From a virus: a stretch of DNA of 44,492 nucleotides. The stretch lies in IMG/VR virus record IMGVR_UViG_3300045996_001114, positions 1 through 44,492 of that record. One strand, given 5' to 3'. The notes below the pieces were generated by a model. That model ran no database searches, had not been told where the DNA came from, and saw only the letters and a program-made list of their open reading frames with translations. Positions within the stretch are counted from its first letter, which is position 1. Each line of letters opens with the position of its first letter. The translations under genes and the position numbers were made by a program. This document shows, in pieces, positions 1 to 7,868 of the stretch.

Positions 1-127
1 AACCGATCTTACAGCGGGTGCCGAAGGCTCGGCTTCCCAACCGATCCCGCTGGAATGCCCGCTGCTGGTCCTCAGCAGAGATCATATGGGGTGTGAAGTA
101 TTCGAGCGGAGGCACAGCAGCCCAAGT
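1..127 (+). repeat. Terminal overlap copy 1 (identical to 44366..44492)
   Basis: Compared base by base with the window end. All 127 nt are identical, and the repeat lies inside a coding gene. Confidence 0.95.
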
Positions 128-238
128 GAGATCGCCCGTCTCAGGATCATACCCAATCACCTGCCGAAGCAAGCCAAGATCGGGGTTGGGCTTCATGCTG
201 CGCTTGAGGCGGTAGAGGGTGATGAGGCGGCGGATCAT
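1..238 (-). CDS. HNH-AP2 endonuclease, N-terminal part (gene crosses the circular junction; 1..127 duplicates 44366..44492)
   Basis: The minus frame from ATG 238 reads MIRRLITLYRLKRSMKPNPDLGLLRQVIGYDPETGDLTWAAVPPLEYF. It is in frame with ORF 43998..44480 across the junction. ATGA overlap with the upstream stop at 235-238. Alternative start at 196. Confidence 0.7.
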   Translation of the reverse strand, partial: MIRRLITLYRLKRSMKPNPDLGLLRQVIGYDPETGDLTWAAVPPLEYFTPHMISAEDQQRAFQRDRLGSRAFGTRCKIG

Positions 239-564
239 GCGACCGGCTCCGGCTGACGGATCGGCTCGAGCAAGCCGGCCTGCGCACAGGTCCACAGCCA
301 CCTGCGGTATCCGTCCATCCTCGCCGCCGGCCAGCCAGCGAAGTCCTCGAGCTTGCCGTTGAGCAGCTTGTGCACGTTGCCCCCGTCCGTGCCGTCGAGC
401 GTGTCGATCTTCTCGATCCCGTCCGACTTCACGACGAAGTACCAGCGATCCATGCGCTCGGTGAGCTTCTTGCGGTTGTTCTCGTCGCACCAGGCCCGGA
501 GGCCTTCGCTGGTCGGCCCGGTCGGAGTTTCCTGCCGGTGCTTGTCGAACGGGTTACTGGTCAT
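235..564 (-). CDS. hypothetical protein
   Basis: 109-aa ORF with ordinary composition (MTSNPFDKHRQE...WYFVVKSDGIEKID). Translationally coupled to both neighbours. Confidence 0.6.
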   Translation of the reverse strand: MTSNPFDKHRQETPTGPTSEGLRAWCDENNRKKLTERMDRWYFVVKSDGIEKIDTLDGTDGGNVHKLLNGKLEDFAGWPAARMDGYRRWLWTCAQAGLLEPIRQPEPVA

Positions 565-1267
565 AGTTTCCCTCGATGATCTTCTGGAAATTGGCTCGCT
601 TCATCACCCAGTCGAAAGTCGCGCCGGTCCACTTGCGCTCGCCGCGGAGGAACGGTGACGACTCCACCTTCCCGAACACCGAGATGAAATCGTCGAGCGA
701 GTATTGAGCGATGCGGGCTTGGCAGAGCTGGCGCCGGGCAGGAGTGAGGTCGCGGATCGCTCGCCGCCCCCAGATACGCAACGCGACCCGGTTCCACTCT
801 TCGACAACATGCGCCGGCTTGAGTGCATCGTCAGATGCACAAGAAGCTTTAGCTTCTAATACTTCTGTATCTGTATCTGTCTCTTGCGCCGTTACAGAAA
901 CGTTGCTGCAACGTTGCAGGCTGTTTCCGCGTTGATTTCGTTGCCGTTTTCTCCAATCGGCGACGCGAGCGGTGCTGTTGTCGCTGCGGAACTGCAATTC
1001 CTCCCAAGCGAGCGGATTCAGGTGCCCATCGATCAGGCTGACGGCCTGCAAGCGGCGCGAGATTTCGTCCAGTTCGCGGAGCTGCACACCGAGCTTCACA
1101 GCCACCCGGCGCTGCTTCAATTCGCTATCAGGCTCGTCGAGCAGGCCCGTCGATTTGAGGCAGCACAGGGCAACGAAATGCCAGCGATCCTCGAAGGCGA
1201 GCAGGCGCAGCTTCTCGTCGTCGATGATGCGGCTGTAGAGCCGGAACCAGGGCAGCGGGGCGCTCAC
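554..1267 (-). CDS. putative replication initiator / replisome-organiser-like protein
   Basis: GTG at 1267 overlaps the upstream stop (GTGA). N-terminus reads PWFRLYSRIIDDEKLRLLAFEDRWHFVALCCLK. An A/T-rich iteron cluster sits in the central linker, as in lambda O. The function call rests on position and architecture. Confidence 0.55.
   Translation of the reverse strand: MSAPLPWFRLYSRIIDDEKLRLLAFEDRWHFVALCCLKSTGLLDEPDSELKQRRVAVKLGVQLRELDEISRRLQAVSLIDGHLNPLAWEELQFRSDNSTARVADWRKRQRNQRGNSLQRCSNVSVTAQETDTDTEVLEAKASCASDDALKPAHVVEEWNRVALRIWGRRAIRDLTPARRQLCQARIAQYSLDDFISVFGKVESSPFLRGERKWTGATFDWVMKRANFQKIIEGNYDQ
842..943. repeat. ori-like repeat cluster inside the replication gene
   Basis: Palindrome AGAAGCT-TT-AGCTTCT (842-857). 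CTGTAT CTGTAT CTGTCT (865-882). AACGTTGC twice (899-906, 910-917), including the palindrome GCAACGTTGC. CGTTG four times (901, 912, 930, 939). Locally A/T-rich. Confidence 0.45.
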
Positions 1268-1662
1268 CCCTCGCCTCCAAAGCCAGGAACGGCGTAGAGT
1301 TCGCGCATGAGGTCGGCGAACGGCGGGTAGTTGGCCTCGAGTTCGAGAGCGCGACGCACCCCATGCACGCAAGTGGTGTGGTCCTTGCGCCGTGTCGCTC
1401 GAGCGATTCCCGAGTATGAATAACCCTGACGGTGGAGGGCGAGCATCGCCGCGAAGCGTGCCTGGGCGAGCCGATCAGTCCGACACGGCGACAGCATCGC
1501 CTGAATGGTGACGCCGAAGCGGGCAGCCGCGCGGTCCAAGATAGCAATCTCGCGGTCTGGCAAACGTGGGGCTCGCGGACTTTTCATCCGTGCATCCACC
1601 TCCGCCAGCGTCCGGTGCGGATAGGGGAAGTAGGGTGGCGAGGCTGTCGGGCGGTCAGCCAA
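1264..1662 (-). CDS. DnaA domain IV-like HTH protein
   Basis: The C-terminal segment RLAQARFAAMLALHRQGYSYSGIARATRRKDHTTCVHGVRRA matches the RDHTT-x-H signature of the DnaA C-terminal DNA-binding domain. Confidence 0.65.
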   Translation of the reverse strand: MADRPTASPPYFPYPHRTLAEVDARMKSPRAPRLPDREIAILDRAAARFGVTIQAMLSPCRTDRLAQARFAAMLALHRQGYSYSGIARATRRKDHTTCVHGVRRALELEANYPPFADLMRELYAVPGFGGEG

Positions 1663-2062
1663 AGCTCACCTCCACCCGCCCCGGCTTCTCGGGATCGGCA
1701 AAAACGTAGTGCGGAGCGAAGTGATGATCGTCCAAGCCGAGCGCATCGGCGATGCCGTCGCGGTAGTGCTTGAACGCTCCGACCATGCCGTCATCATCAC
1801 GGCGGCGAGCGTCGGGCGGGTAGAACGTCACGGACACCGCTATTTTGCCCGTAGCGGCCCGTAGAGCGTGCCGGGCTTCATGCGACAGGGTTTCGGTCGT
1901 CACGCCCCAGGCAAGCTCTCTGGCGGCCTTTATGGCGGGCCGGTAAGCAGACCAGTGCAGCCGGCGCTTGGCATTCGGGGTAAGCTTCGCATCCATCCAC
2001 GGGAGGACGATGCGGCGCCCCTCTGCCTTTTCGGCTTCGGTATCGGGGATAAACGGCATCAC
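1655..2062 (-). CDS. rusA: RusA-family Holliday junction resolvase
   Basis: 135 aa. LTPNAKRRLHW...FYPPDARRRDDDGMVGAFKHYRDGIADALGLDD resembles the RusA fold motifs. Size and position after the replication genes are typical. Confidence 0.7.
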   Translation of the reverse strand: MMPFIPDTEAEKAEGRRIVLPWMDAKLTPNAKRRLHWSAYRPAIKAARELAWGVTTETLSHEARHALRAATGKIAVSVTFYPPDARRRDDDGMVGAFKHYRDGIADALGLDDHHFAPHYVFADPEKPGRVEVSFG

Positions 2063-2568
2063 TCTGCCGTCTCCCGTTCGAACAGGACCGATGCTTCCGG
2101 AAAGCGATGCGACCAGAAGGGCCAGCGGTCGAGCAGGTGGAGGATCGTGGTATGATCCCTCCGCAGAACCTTGCCGATCTGCGATGTCGACCAGCCACGG
2201 TTGCGAAGCACGCGCGCGACAACGGCACGGGCGGCAATGAACTTCCTGCTGCGACCGGAGCCGATCAGTTCGCCGTGCGAGATCTCGAAGGCATTGGCGA
2301 CGCGATCGATCAGGGCGGGCGCAATACCGACCCGCGCCTTGCCCGAGGGGGCCGGCAATTGCGGAATTTCGACAGGCACGCGGACCACGACCGGCGGCGG
2401 CTGCACGATGACGAGCTGCACCGGAGCTTCGGCCTTGCCCGCGATGAACAGGCGGCTCATGGTGCGCGGGTGTTCCCGCCAGAGGGCGCGGTGCAGGTTG
2501 TTGCTGCCCATGACGATGGCGGCGCGGCGGGCCTGCTCGGCAGGCTCGAATGCTGCTTGGGTCGCCAT
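2059..2568 (-). CDS. second DnaA domain IV-like HTH protein
   Basis: The real start is the ATG at 2568 (MATQAAFEP), which overlaps the upstream stop. C-terminus reads GSGRSRKFIAARAVVARVLRNRGWSTSQIGKVLRRDHTTILHLLDR. The upstream 214 codons of track ORF 2059..3210 are shadow frame. Confidence 0.65.
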   Translation of the reverse strand: MATQAAFEPAEQARRAAIVMGSNNLHRALWREHPRTMSRLFIAGKAEAPVQLVIVQPPPVVVRVPVEIPQLPAPSGKARVGIAPALIDRVANAFEISHGELIGSGRSRKFIAARAVVARVLRNRGWSTSQIGKVLRRDHTTILHLLDRWPFWSHRFPEASVLFERETAE

Positions 2569-2849
2569 CACGCGGCCTTCCGCGCGAACTTGCCGCCAGC
2601 GCCGCGCACAGGCTCCTTGGCGCGGTATTCGGCGATAGTGCGGCCCTGATCGCGGAGGCGCGCGTTCGCAGTCGTGAGCGAGTTGGTCAGGCTCTCGTTG
2701 GCAGCAGAAAGCAACTCGTTGGAGCTTTCCAGGCGAACAGCCTTTCGCTCGGCCGCAGTCAACTTCACCGCGGTAACAGCGAAGCCGAGGCCGAACAGCG
2801 CGGTCGTGCCGGTCGTGATTATGGCTATGACAGAGGGGTCTAGCGTCAT
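2568..2849 (-). CDS. hypothetical membrane-anchored coiled-coil protein
   Basis: 93 aa with an N-terminal hydrophobic helix (VIAIITTGTTALFGLGFAVTAV) followed by a heptad-like region. Confidence 0.55.
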   Translation of the reverse strand: MTLDPSVIAIITTGTTALFGLGFAVTAVKLTAAERKAVRLESSNELLSAANESLTNSLTTANARLRDQGRTIAEYRAKEPVRGAGGKFARKAA

Positions 2850-2863
2850 GGGGTGGTCTCCGG

Positions 2864-3625
2864 TTAGGCTGCGTCGATGAAGAGGTCGGATTGGCGCTGA
2901 GCGTCCTCGATCCGGCGAACCGCGATCTCGAAGTAGCGCACCTCGCGCTCGATCCCGATGAACTCGCGGCCCATCTGGACCGCTGCGACACCAGTGGTGC
3001 CCACGCCCATGAATGGGTCGATAATCCTCCGGTCACTGCTCGCTTCGATTGCGCGCGCGGGCAGCGCGAGCGGAAAGCTGGCGGGGTGATCAGCGTCCGA
3101 CACAGGGGCGATGCGCCACACATCCCCGAGCATCGAAGCCGCCTTGTCACGCAGCGCCCAGTCGGGCTTCGCGTAGAGTAGAATCCATTCGCACATGGGA
3201 GCGAAGGCACCGGCCATGGCGTTGAAACCGCTCGCCCGATCCCAGATGATGACTTGCCGAAGTGGCAGTTCGGCGAAGAAAGGGAGCCGGACTTCCCGTT
3301 TCACCACGCGCGGCTTGTGGTTGTAGAAAATCGCTCCCGTGCAGATGCGCCAGCACTGTTCCAACGTGTCGCGCTGCCATCCGCAGTATTCCGGGTACGG
3401 CAGGTTGTCGGCATAGTCGCCGTAGCCATCACGAAGCTTGCGCTGGCCCCACTTGCTGCCGGCGTGCCCGACGCGCAGGCCGCCCTTGTCTTCCATGCCT
3501 TCGCCCAGATTGTACGGCGGCGAAGTGAAGCAGAGGTCGGCGCTACCATCAGGCAGTGTCGGCAAAATCTCGCGGCAATCGCCCAGATACAGCGTCGCCC
3601 GCCCGATGTGCTCCACGCGCGTCAT
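2864..3625 (-). CDS. DNA methyltransferase (beta-class N6-adenine/N4-cytosine)
   Basis: SPPY (motif IV) near the N-terminus and DPFMGVGTTG (motif I) near the C-terminus. No adjacent restriction gene. Confidence 0.85.
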   Translation of the reverse strand: MTRVEHIGRATLYLGDCREILPTLPDGSADLCFTSPPYNLGEGMEDKGGLRVGHAGSKWGQRKLRDGYGDYADNLPYPEYCGWQRDTLEQCWRICTGAIFYNHKPRVVKREVRLPFFAELPLRQVIIWDRASGFNAMAGAFAPMCEWILLYAKPDWALRDKAASMLGDVWRIAPVSDADHPASFPLALPARAIEASSDRRIIDPFMGVGTTGVAAVQMGREFIGIEREVRYFEIAVRRIEDAQRQSDLFIDAA

Positions 3626-4038
3626 GCCGCCTTCACCAGCGCAAGCTTGGACCGCAAGGCGCGATCCTCTGATGGGCCGATCTCGCGCCCAGCCTCGCTC
3701 TCGGGGTGATGCGAAGCGGCCTTGGCGATGAGGAAATCCTGCATCGCGTTGGCCGCCTCGTCGTGGTCGACCTCCGCGGGCACCTGGACAATCACGCGAC
3801 CGTCTGGCAGCAGCAGGGAGAGCAGGTCGTCGGGAACGGCGCCGATCAGGCAGTAGAGCGCCGAGACAGGCATCACCGCCGGCTCGCGCGATCCCTCGGC
3901 GGGGAAGTAGCTGAGCAGCGTCGGGTAAGGGATGCTGCTGTCGAAGCTCACCGCTTTGAGGTGGACACCTCGGCGGTCAAGTTCCCGCCGGATGGCAAGC
4001 TGCCTCTGTCGTATGATCGTATTTACGTCGCGCATCAT
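3622..4038 (-). CDS. hypothetical early regulatory protein (CII-like position)
   Basis: 138-aa ORF with ordinary composition, located downstream of the Cro-like gene. The function is guessed from position only. Confidence 0.5.
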   Translation of the reverse strand: MMRDVNTIIRQRQLAIRRELDRRGVHLKAVSFDSSIPYPTLLSYFPAEGSREPAVMPVSALYCLIGAVPDDLLSLLLPDGRVIVQVPAEVDHDEAANAMQDFLIAKAASHHPESEAGREIGPSEDRALRSKLALVKAA

Positions 4039-4039
4039 C

Positions 4040-4252
4040 CTACGCGCCTCCCGCGCTATTCAGGTCTTCGTGATGAAAGGAACCCTCGCCCCCACGAGCA
4101 CCGGGATCGTTCCGGTGCCGGGCATCTGGAAAGCCGCGACGGAACTCACCGTCAGCGGTCATCGCGCCGGCAAAGGGCGGGTAAAGGAAGGCTTCGCGCC
4201 AGGAGCCGGGCTCGCTGCTGTCGACAGCGACGGTCACGCCGCGCCCCCGCAT
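4040..4252 (-). CDS. possible small protein
   Basis: The only minus-strand ORF in the 250-nt gap between the Cro-like gene and 4038. No clear RBS, and G/R-rich composition. Confidence 0.25.
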   Translation of the reverse strand: MRGRGVTVAVDSSEPGSWREAFLYPPFAGAMTADGEFRRGFPDARHRNDPGARGGEGSFHHEDLNSAGGA

Positions 4253-4289
4253 GGTTTACGGGCGGGAGAGGGCTGGTGATTGGCCGGGT

Positions 4290-4535
4290 TCACGCCGCGG
4301 CCTGCCGAACGGTGCGCTCCGACGATTCCAGATACGCCAGCGCCTCGCGCGAAAGCGACGCTAGCTTCCCTTGGTCCTTGGCGAATTGCAGCACCGCAGA
4401 TCGGCGCCACGGCGGGATTTCGGCGGGGGCTTTTCGGAGCCAGTCATGCACGGTTTGAACAGCGAAGCCGGTCCCGTTCGCGATTGCCGTTGGACCGCCC
4501 AGCTCGTCGAAGATATGCTTGATGATGTCCTGCAT
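4290..4535 (-). CDS. Cro/YdaS-like HTH regulator
   Basis: From ATG 4535: MQDIIKHIFDELGGPTAIANGTGFAVQTVHDWLRK (HTH). Divergent from the CI-like repressor, with an operator between its -35 and -10. Confidence 0.65.
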   Translation of the reverse strand: MQDIIKHIFDELGGPTAIANGTGFAVQTVHDWLRKAPAEIPPWRRSAVLQFAKDQGKLASLSREALAYLESSERTVRQAAA

Positions 4536-4542
4536 GGAGCGC

Positions 4543-4571
4543 AAGTTATCCGAACATCGGATAATGTGCAA
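4543..4571 (-). promoter_or_regulatory. putative Cro-side early promoter (TTGCAC-17-TAACTT), apparently leaderless
   Basis: The minus strand reads TTGCAC attatccgatgttcgga TAACTT gcgctcc ATG. The spacer is the operator palindrome. Confidence 0.45.
4546..4564. promoter_or_regulatory. operator palindrome TTATCCG-N5-CGGATAA
   Basis: Perfect 7+7 inverted repeat in the cro/cI intergenic region. A half-site, CTATCCG, lies at 4580-4586. Confidence 0.6.
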
Positions 4572-4631
4572 GCCCGTTGCTATCCGTTTTGCGTTGATGC
4601 AGTGTCAGACCTGTTATGGCAAAGCGCGCGC

Positions 4632-5207
4632 ATGACAGATTCGGCGTTCGACAAGGATCGGATTATCGCGGCCATGAAGGCTCGCGGCGTCAATCAGACC
4701 GGCATGGCGAAGGTCATGGGCCTGCCGTCGCAGTCGGCGTTCTCGAATATCCTAAAGGACAAACGCAGGGTTACCGCCGAGGAAGCCAAGCGCGCTTACC
4801 AATTCTTAGGAATCAAGGGGGAGCCTTCGATTCAATGGGTTCCGGTGATTGGGATAACCAATGCCGGCCATTGGAGGGAGGCGATTCAAATGCCGCTCGG
4901 TAGTTTACCCGTCCGGCCAGGCAGCGTGAGCGAGGACGCCTTCGCGGTGGAAGTCGTCGGCGACAGCATGGACAAGCTGATCCCGGACGGTGGGCACATA
5001 GTTATCGATCCGCGCCAGAAAGAGCTGCGGGACGGCAAATCCTACCTCATCCAGAACGACCAGGGCGAGACCACGGTAAAGGCGTATTTCCGCAATCCTG
5101 CTCGCTTCGAGCCCGTGTCCGAAAACGACGAGCACACTGGGTGGCTGGTATCCGATCGCGACTTCGTCGTGCTCGGGCGCGTGGTTATGAAAGTCGAGCC
5201 CCTCTAA
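4632..5207 (+). CDS. CI/LexA-like repressor (XRE HTH + S24 peptidase)
   Basis: ATG at 4632. HTH GVNQTGMAKVMGLPSQSAFSNILK. Ala-Gly site in TNAGHW. Ser motif VVGDSMDK and Lys in TTVKAYF, typical of RecA-stimulated self-cleaving repressors. Confidence 0.85.
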   Translation: MTDSAFDKDRIIAAMKARGVNQTGMAKVMGLPSQSAFSNILKDKRRVTAEEAKRAYQFLGIKGEPSIQWVPVIGITNAGHWREAIQMPLGSLPVRPGSVSEDAFAVEVVGDSMDKLIPDGGHIVIDPRQKELRDGKSYLIQNDQGETTVKAYFRNPARFEPVSENDEHTGWLVSDRDFVVLGRVVMKVEPL

Positions 5208-5210
5208 AAA

Positions 5211-5229
5211 TTATCCGAAAACCGGATTG
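5211..5229. promoter_or_regulatory. operator-like palindrome TTATCCG-N5-CGGATTG
   Basis: Same motif family as 4546-4564. Overlaps the -35 of the plus-strand early promoter. Confidence 0.5.
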
Positions 5230-5256
5230 ACAGGCTATCCGCAAATCGGATAGAAG
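5227..5256 (+). promoter_or_regulatory. putative plus-strand early promoter (TTGACA-18-TAGAAG)
   Basis: Consensus -35 TTGACA at 5227-5232 and a -10-like TAGAAG at 5251-5256. Located about 45 nt upstream of the first early gene. Confidence 0.5.
5235..5253. promoter_or_regulatory. operator palindrome CTATCCG-N5-CGGATAG
   Basis: Perfect 7+7 inverted repeat covering the spacer and -10 of the promoter at 5227-5256. Confidence 0.55.
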
Positions 5257-5300
5257 CTTCTCAACGGCAAGGCATCCCGCCGCCGTTGGGGAGTTTACCG

Positions 5301-5516
5301 ATGGCAACCGCGGCCCTCAAGAACGACACCGTCCCGGTCCACGAATGGAACCTGCTCGACGGCACGAGCATCGGCCTCGGCACGGTGCGCGAGTTCAATT
5401 ACTGGAAGAACGTCGGCAAGACGCTGCCTGACGACGCGGTTCTCGGCAGCCATATCGTTGACGAGCCGGCCAGCGAGGATACGCGCCGTGCTGCGCTGTT
5501 GGGCGAGGGCTACTGA
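5301..5516 (+). CDS. hypothetical protein
   Basis: ATG at 5301 preceded by GGGGAG. 71 aa with ordinary composition. Confidence 0.6.
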   Translation: MATAALKNDTVPVHEWNLLDGTSIGLGTVREFNYWKNVGKTLPDDAVLGSHIVDEPASEDTRRAALLGEGY

Positions 5517-5794
5517 TGTCCCTCCATTCCCCCATCACCGCCGCCGAGCAGACGGAGGCCGAATGGCAGCGTCTTCGCGACGAGGTCGAGGCTGAGTTCG
5601 AGGACTGGCAGCGTGCGGACTACGACCGGCGCGAGTTCGAGGACATCGGCAACTGGATCGCCAACAAGGCGCGGTGGAACCGTCCGAACAAGTACGAAGC
5701 CGCGCTCGCTTGGAATGAGCGCCTGCCTGACGCCGAGCTGGTTGCGATCAGTCGCGGTCAGGCTCGCTACAATCGGGAGAACCGTTGTGGGTGA
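5516..5794 (+). CDS. hypothetical protein
   Basis: 92 aa, acidic. TGATG coupling to the upstream gene. Confidence 0.6.
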   Translation: MSLHSPITAAEQTEAEWQRLRDEVEAEFEDWQRADYDRREFEDIGNWIANKARWNRPNKYEAALAWNERLPDAELVAISRGQARYNRENRCG

Positions 5795-6074
5795 GCATAC
5801 GCCGGGACCGTGGGATTGCACTGGCTGCCTGTTCCCCGATGATGGCTTGGGTGGCGTGTATTACCGCCTGCAGGCCGAGGGGATGGACGCCCGCGCCGCC
5901 AACGCCCGCCTGATAGCATCGGCCCCCGATCTGCTGGAGGCGCTGGGTAAAGCCTTCGAAACGCTGACCTACATCAGAGAGGCGAGCGACTGTGAGCAGT
6001 CCCGCGCTGCAGCCAAGGAGGTCGCCCAAGAGATCGACGCCGCCATCGCCCGTGCTCGTGGAGGTGCCGCATGA
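5787..6074 (+). CDS. hypothetical protein, paralog family member 1 (TPGPW ... ANARLIASAPDLLEAL)
   Basis: GTG at 5787 after GGGAGA. Shares the ARLIAAAPDLL-type motif with 6513..7058 and 8083..8403. Confidence 0.55.
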   Translation: MGEHTPGPWDCTGCLFPDDGLGGVYYRLQAEGMDARAANARLIASAPDLLEALGKAFETLTYIREASDCEQSRAAAKEVAQEIDAAIARARGGAA

Positions 6075-6265
6075 GCGCGCTCGAGAACCCTGGGGCGTTC
6101 AAGGCGTTGGGCCTTCCGCGCTCGCTGTTTCGCGACGTGGACACCTGCTGGCGCTGCGGCACCGAGCACATCGCAACCCCGCATTCCCCAGCCTGCGACT
6201 GTCGCTGCCGCTCCTGCGATGCGCGCATGCACCTCGCCACCCGCACCGGGAGCGCCGAGCAATGA
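6071..6265 (+). CDS. hypothetical Cys-rich small protein
   Basis: 64 aa with ATGA coupling at both ends. CWRCG...CDCRCRSCD suggests a zinc-binding peptide. Confidence 0.5.
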   Translation: MSALENPGAFKALGLPRSLFRDVDTCWRCGTEHIATPHSPACDCRCRSCDARMHLATRTGSAEQ

Positions 6266-6513
6266 GCGACCTCGACGCAATGTTCGAAGGCTGGCTGTGG
6301 GACAACCCCGAGACGCGGGACGATCTGCGGCAGACGCGGCCTGGCTTCGGCCCCTGGGTCGAACATCAAGGGCGCGAGTGCGATCCGACCTACCGGCTTG
6401 AGGAGCACATCGCCTCGTTGCGCGACGGTGATCCCGAGAAGTGGGCGCGGCTCAACAAGGACTGGACCGCACCCGGCGCGGATCGCGGGCTTATTTCTGT
6501 GGGAGGAGAGTGA
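6262..6513 (+). CDS. hypothetical protein
   Basis: MSDLDAMFEGWLWDNPETRDDL..., 83 aa. The ATG at 6262 overlaps the upstream TGA. Confidence 0.55.
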   Translation: MSDLDAMFEGWLWDNPETRDDLRQTRPGFGPWVEHQGRECDPTYRLEEHIASLRDGDPEKWARLNKDWTAPGADRGLISVGGE

Positions 6514-7058
6514 TGGAAAACAAGGACTTGGGCGCTCCGGCTGAAGCCGTCGGGCTCTCGCCTTCGGTCGAGCCCGCAAGCGGTCTCGATGGCTCCGCCA
6601 CTTCGATCCCTAGCGCGGGCGACTGGCACTACTGCGGCGCCAACCGCGGCGGGTGCTCGTGCATGACGACAATGTTCCGTGACTACCCGATTTGCAAGGT
6701 GACCAGCGGCGACTGGGGCGACGACTATCCCTCTATCAGGCTCGTGGGCGAAACCAGCTTTGACCTGAAGGCGGAAGCCTACATGGAGCAAATCACCTAC
6801 GGCAGCATCCGCGAGGATCAGGCGAAGGTTCACGCCAATCTGATCGCTGCTGCGCCGGACCTCTATTGGGCTTGCCGGGGCTGGCTCGAGGCTTGGGGTA
6901 ACGAGGCTGCCGAGATCACCGCCATCCGCAAGATGGAGGAAGCCGTCGGTCGGGTCGCGCAAGGGGGTGAAGCCCGAAGGGCGGAGACCGGCACGGGCTC
7001 CGTCGAAGACGAGAGCGCGGTCGCTGAAAGCGATGCGCCCGAAGGTGGTCGGCCATGA
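6513..7058 (+). CDS. hypothetical protein, paralog family member 2 (AKVHANLIAAAPDLYWAC)
   Basis: ATG at 6513 in a TGATG overlap. 181 aa. Confidence 0.6.
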   Translation: MENKDLGAPAEAVGLSPSVEPASGLDGSATSIPSAGDWHYCGANRGGCSCMTTMFRDYPICKVTSGDWGDDYPSIRLVGETSFDLKAEAYMEQITYGSIREDQAKVHANLIAAAPDLYWACRGWLEAWGNEAAEITAIRKMEEAVGRVAQGGEARRAETGTGSVEDESAVAESDAPEGGRP

Positions 7059-7219
7059 CACCTCCCACCTACCGCCCCGCCGCTCAGTTCCCCGAGCGGT
7101 GCAGGCAGGGGGACCGGCTTGCCCCCGGTCGGTCCCCCGTTGCCAGGATGATCGGTGAGATACTGCTCGTGCCGGGGGCGGTCCTGTTTTGGGTGATTTG
7201 TATGGGGGTGTTGTCGTGA
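7055..7219 (+). CDS. possible small membrane protein
   Basis: 54 codons, found by hand because it is below the track cutoff. ATGA overlap with the upstream stop. C-terminal hydrophobic helix ILLVPGAVLFWVICMGVL. Confidence 0.35.
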   Translation: MTPPTYRPAAQFPERCRQGDRLAPGRSPVARMIGEILLVPGAVLFWVICMGVLS

Positions 7220-7325
7220 GCCGGGCGAATGCCTTCGGCACCGCGCTTTCGTGGCCTGCGGCCATCGAGCCCCGTGCCGGGTCTCGCCCCTACGGGCTTC
7301 AATCAACTTTCGCAGGAGAACTACG

Positions 7326-7868
7326 ATGAGCGGCACGTTCACCGCTGACCTGTCCGCAATGAGCCGATGGGCTGAAGGCATCATGGCATCGCGCCCGCCG
7401 GACTTCGTGATCGGCGCCGACTACATGCGACGCTGGTGGGTCATGCCCCGCAACAACTACTGCAACGTCTACCTGCATCACATCCTGCAGAGCGATGACG
7501 ACCGGGCATTCCACGATCACCCGTGGCCGAATACGTCCGTGCTGCTCGCTGGCGGGTATATCGAGCATACGCCCGAAGGATCGTTCAGGCGCTCAGCCGG
7601 CGACGTAATCCAGCGCGAGGCAGAGGCGCTGCATCGGCTTGAGGTGATCCCCGGAGAGCGTGCGATCAGCCTTTTCATGACTGGGCCTGCCGTTCGCGAG
7701 TGGGGTTTTTCCTGCCCGCAAGGTTGGGTCCACTGGCGCGATTTTGTCGACGCCCGCGACACTGGCCAGATCGGGCGCGGCTGCGGCGAGCACGACAACT
7801 TGTCGCCCGTAACCGAGCCTGGCCAGCAGCGCGGCACGCTTCCGCTTCCGTTGGTGCAAGCGGCATGA
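7326..7868 (+). CDS. hypothetical protein (HDHPW motif, possibly cupin-like)
   Basis: ATG at 7326 after AGGAGAA. 180 aa. LHHILQSDDDRAFHDHPW. Confidence 0.6.
   Translation: MSGTFTADLSAMSRWAEGIMASRPPDFVIGADYMRRWWVMPRNNYCNVYLHHILQSDDDRAFHDHPWPNTSVLLAGGYIEHTPEGSFRRSAGDVIQREAEALHRLEVIPGERAISLFMTGPAVREWGFSCPQGWVHWRDFVDARDTGQIGRGCGEHDNLSPVTEPGQQRGTLPLPLVQAA

Noticed and set aside
1-127. The 127-nt terminal repeat as a biological direct terminal repeat or att duplication
   Set aside because: It lies inside an ORF that reads continuously across the junction, and its length equals a standard assembler k-mer. It is most simply the overlap of a circular contig.
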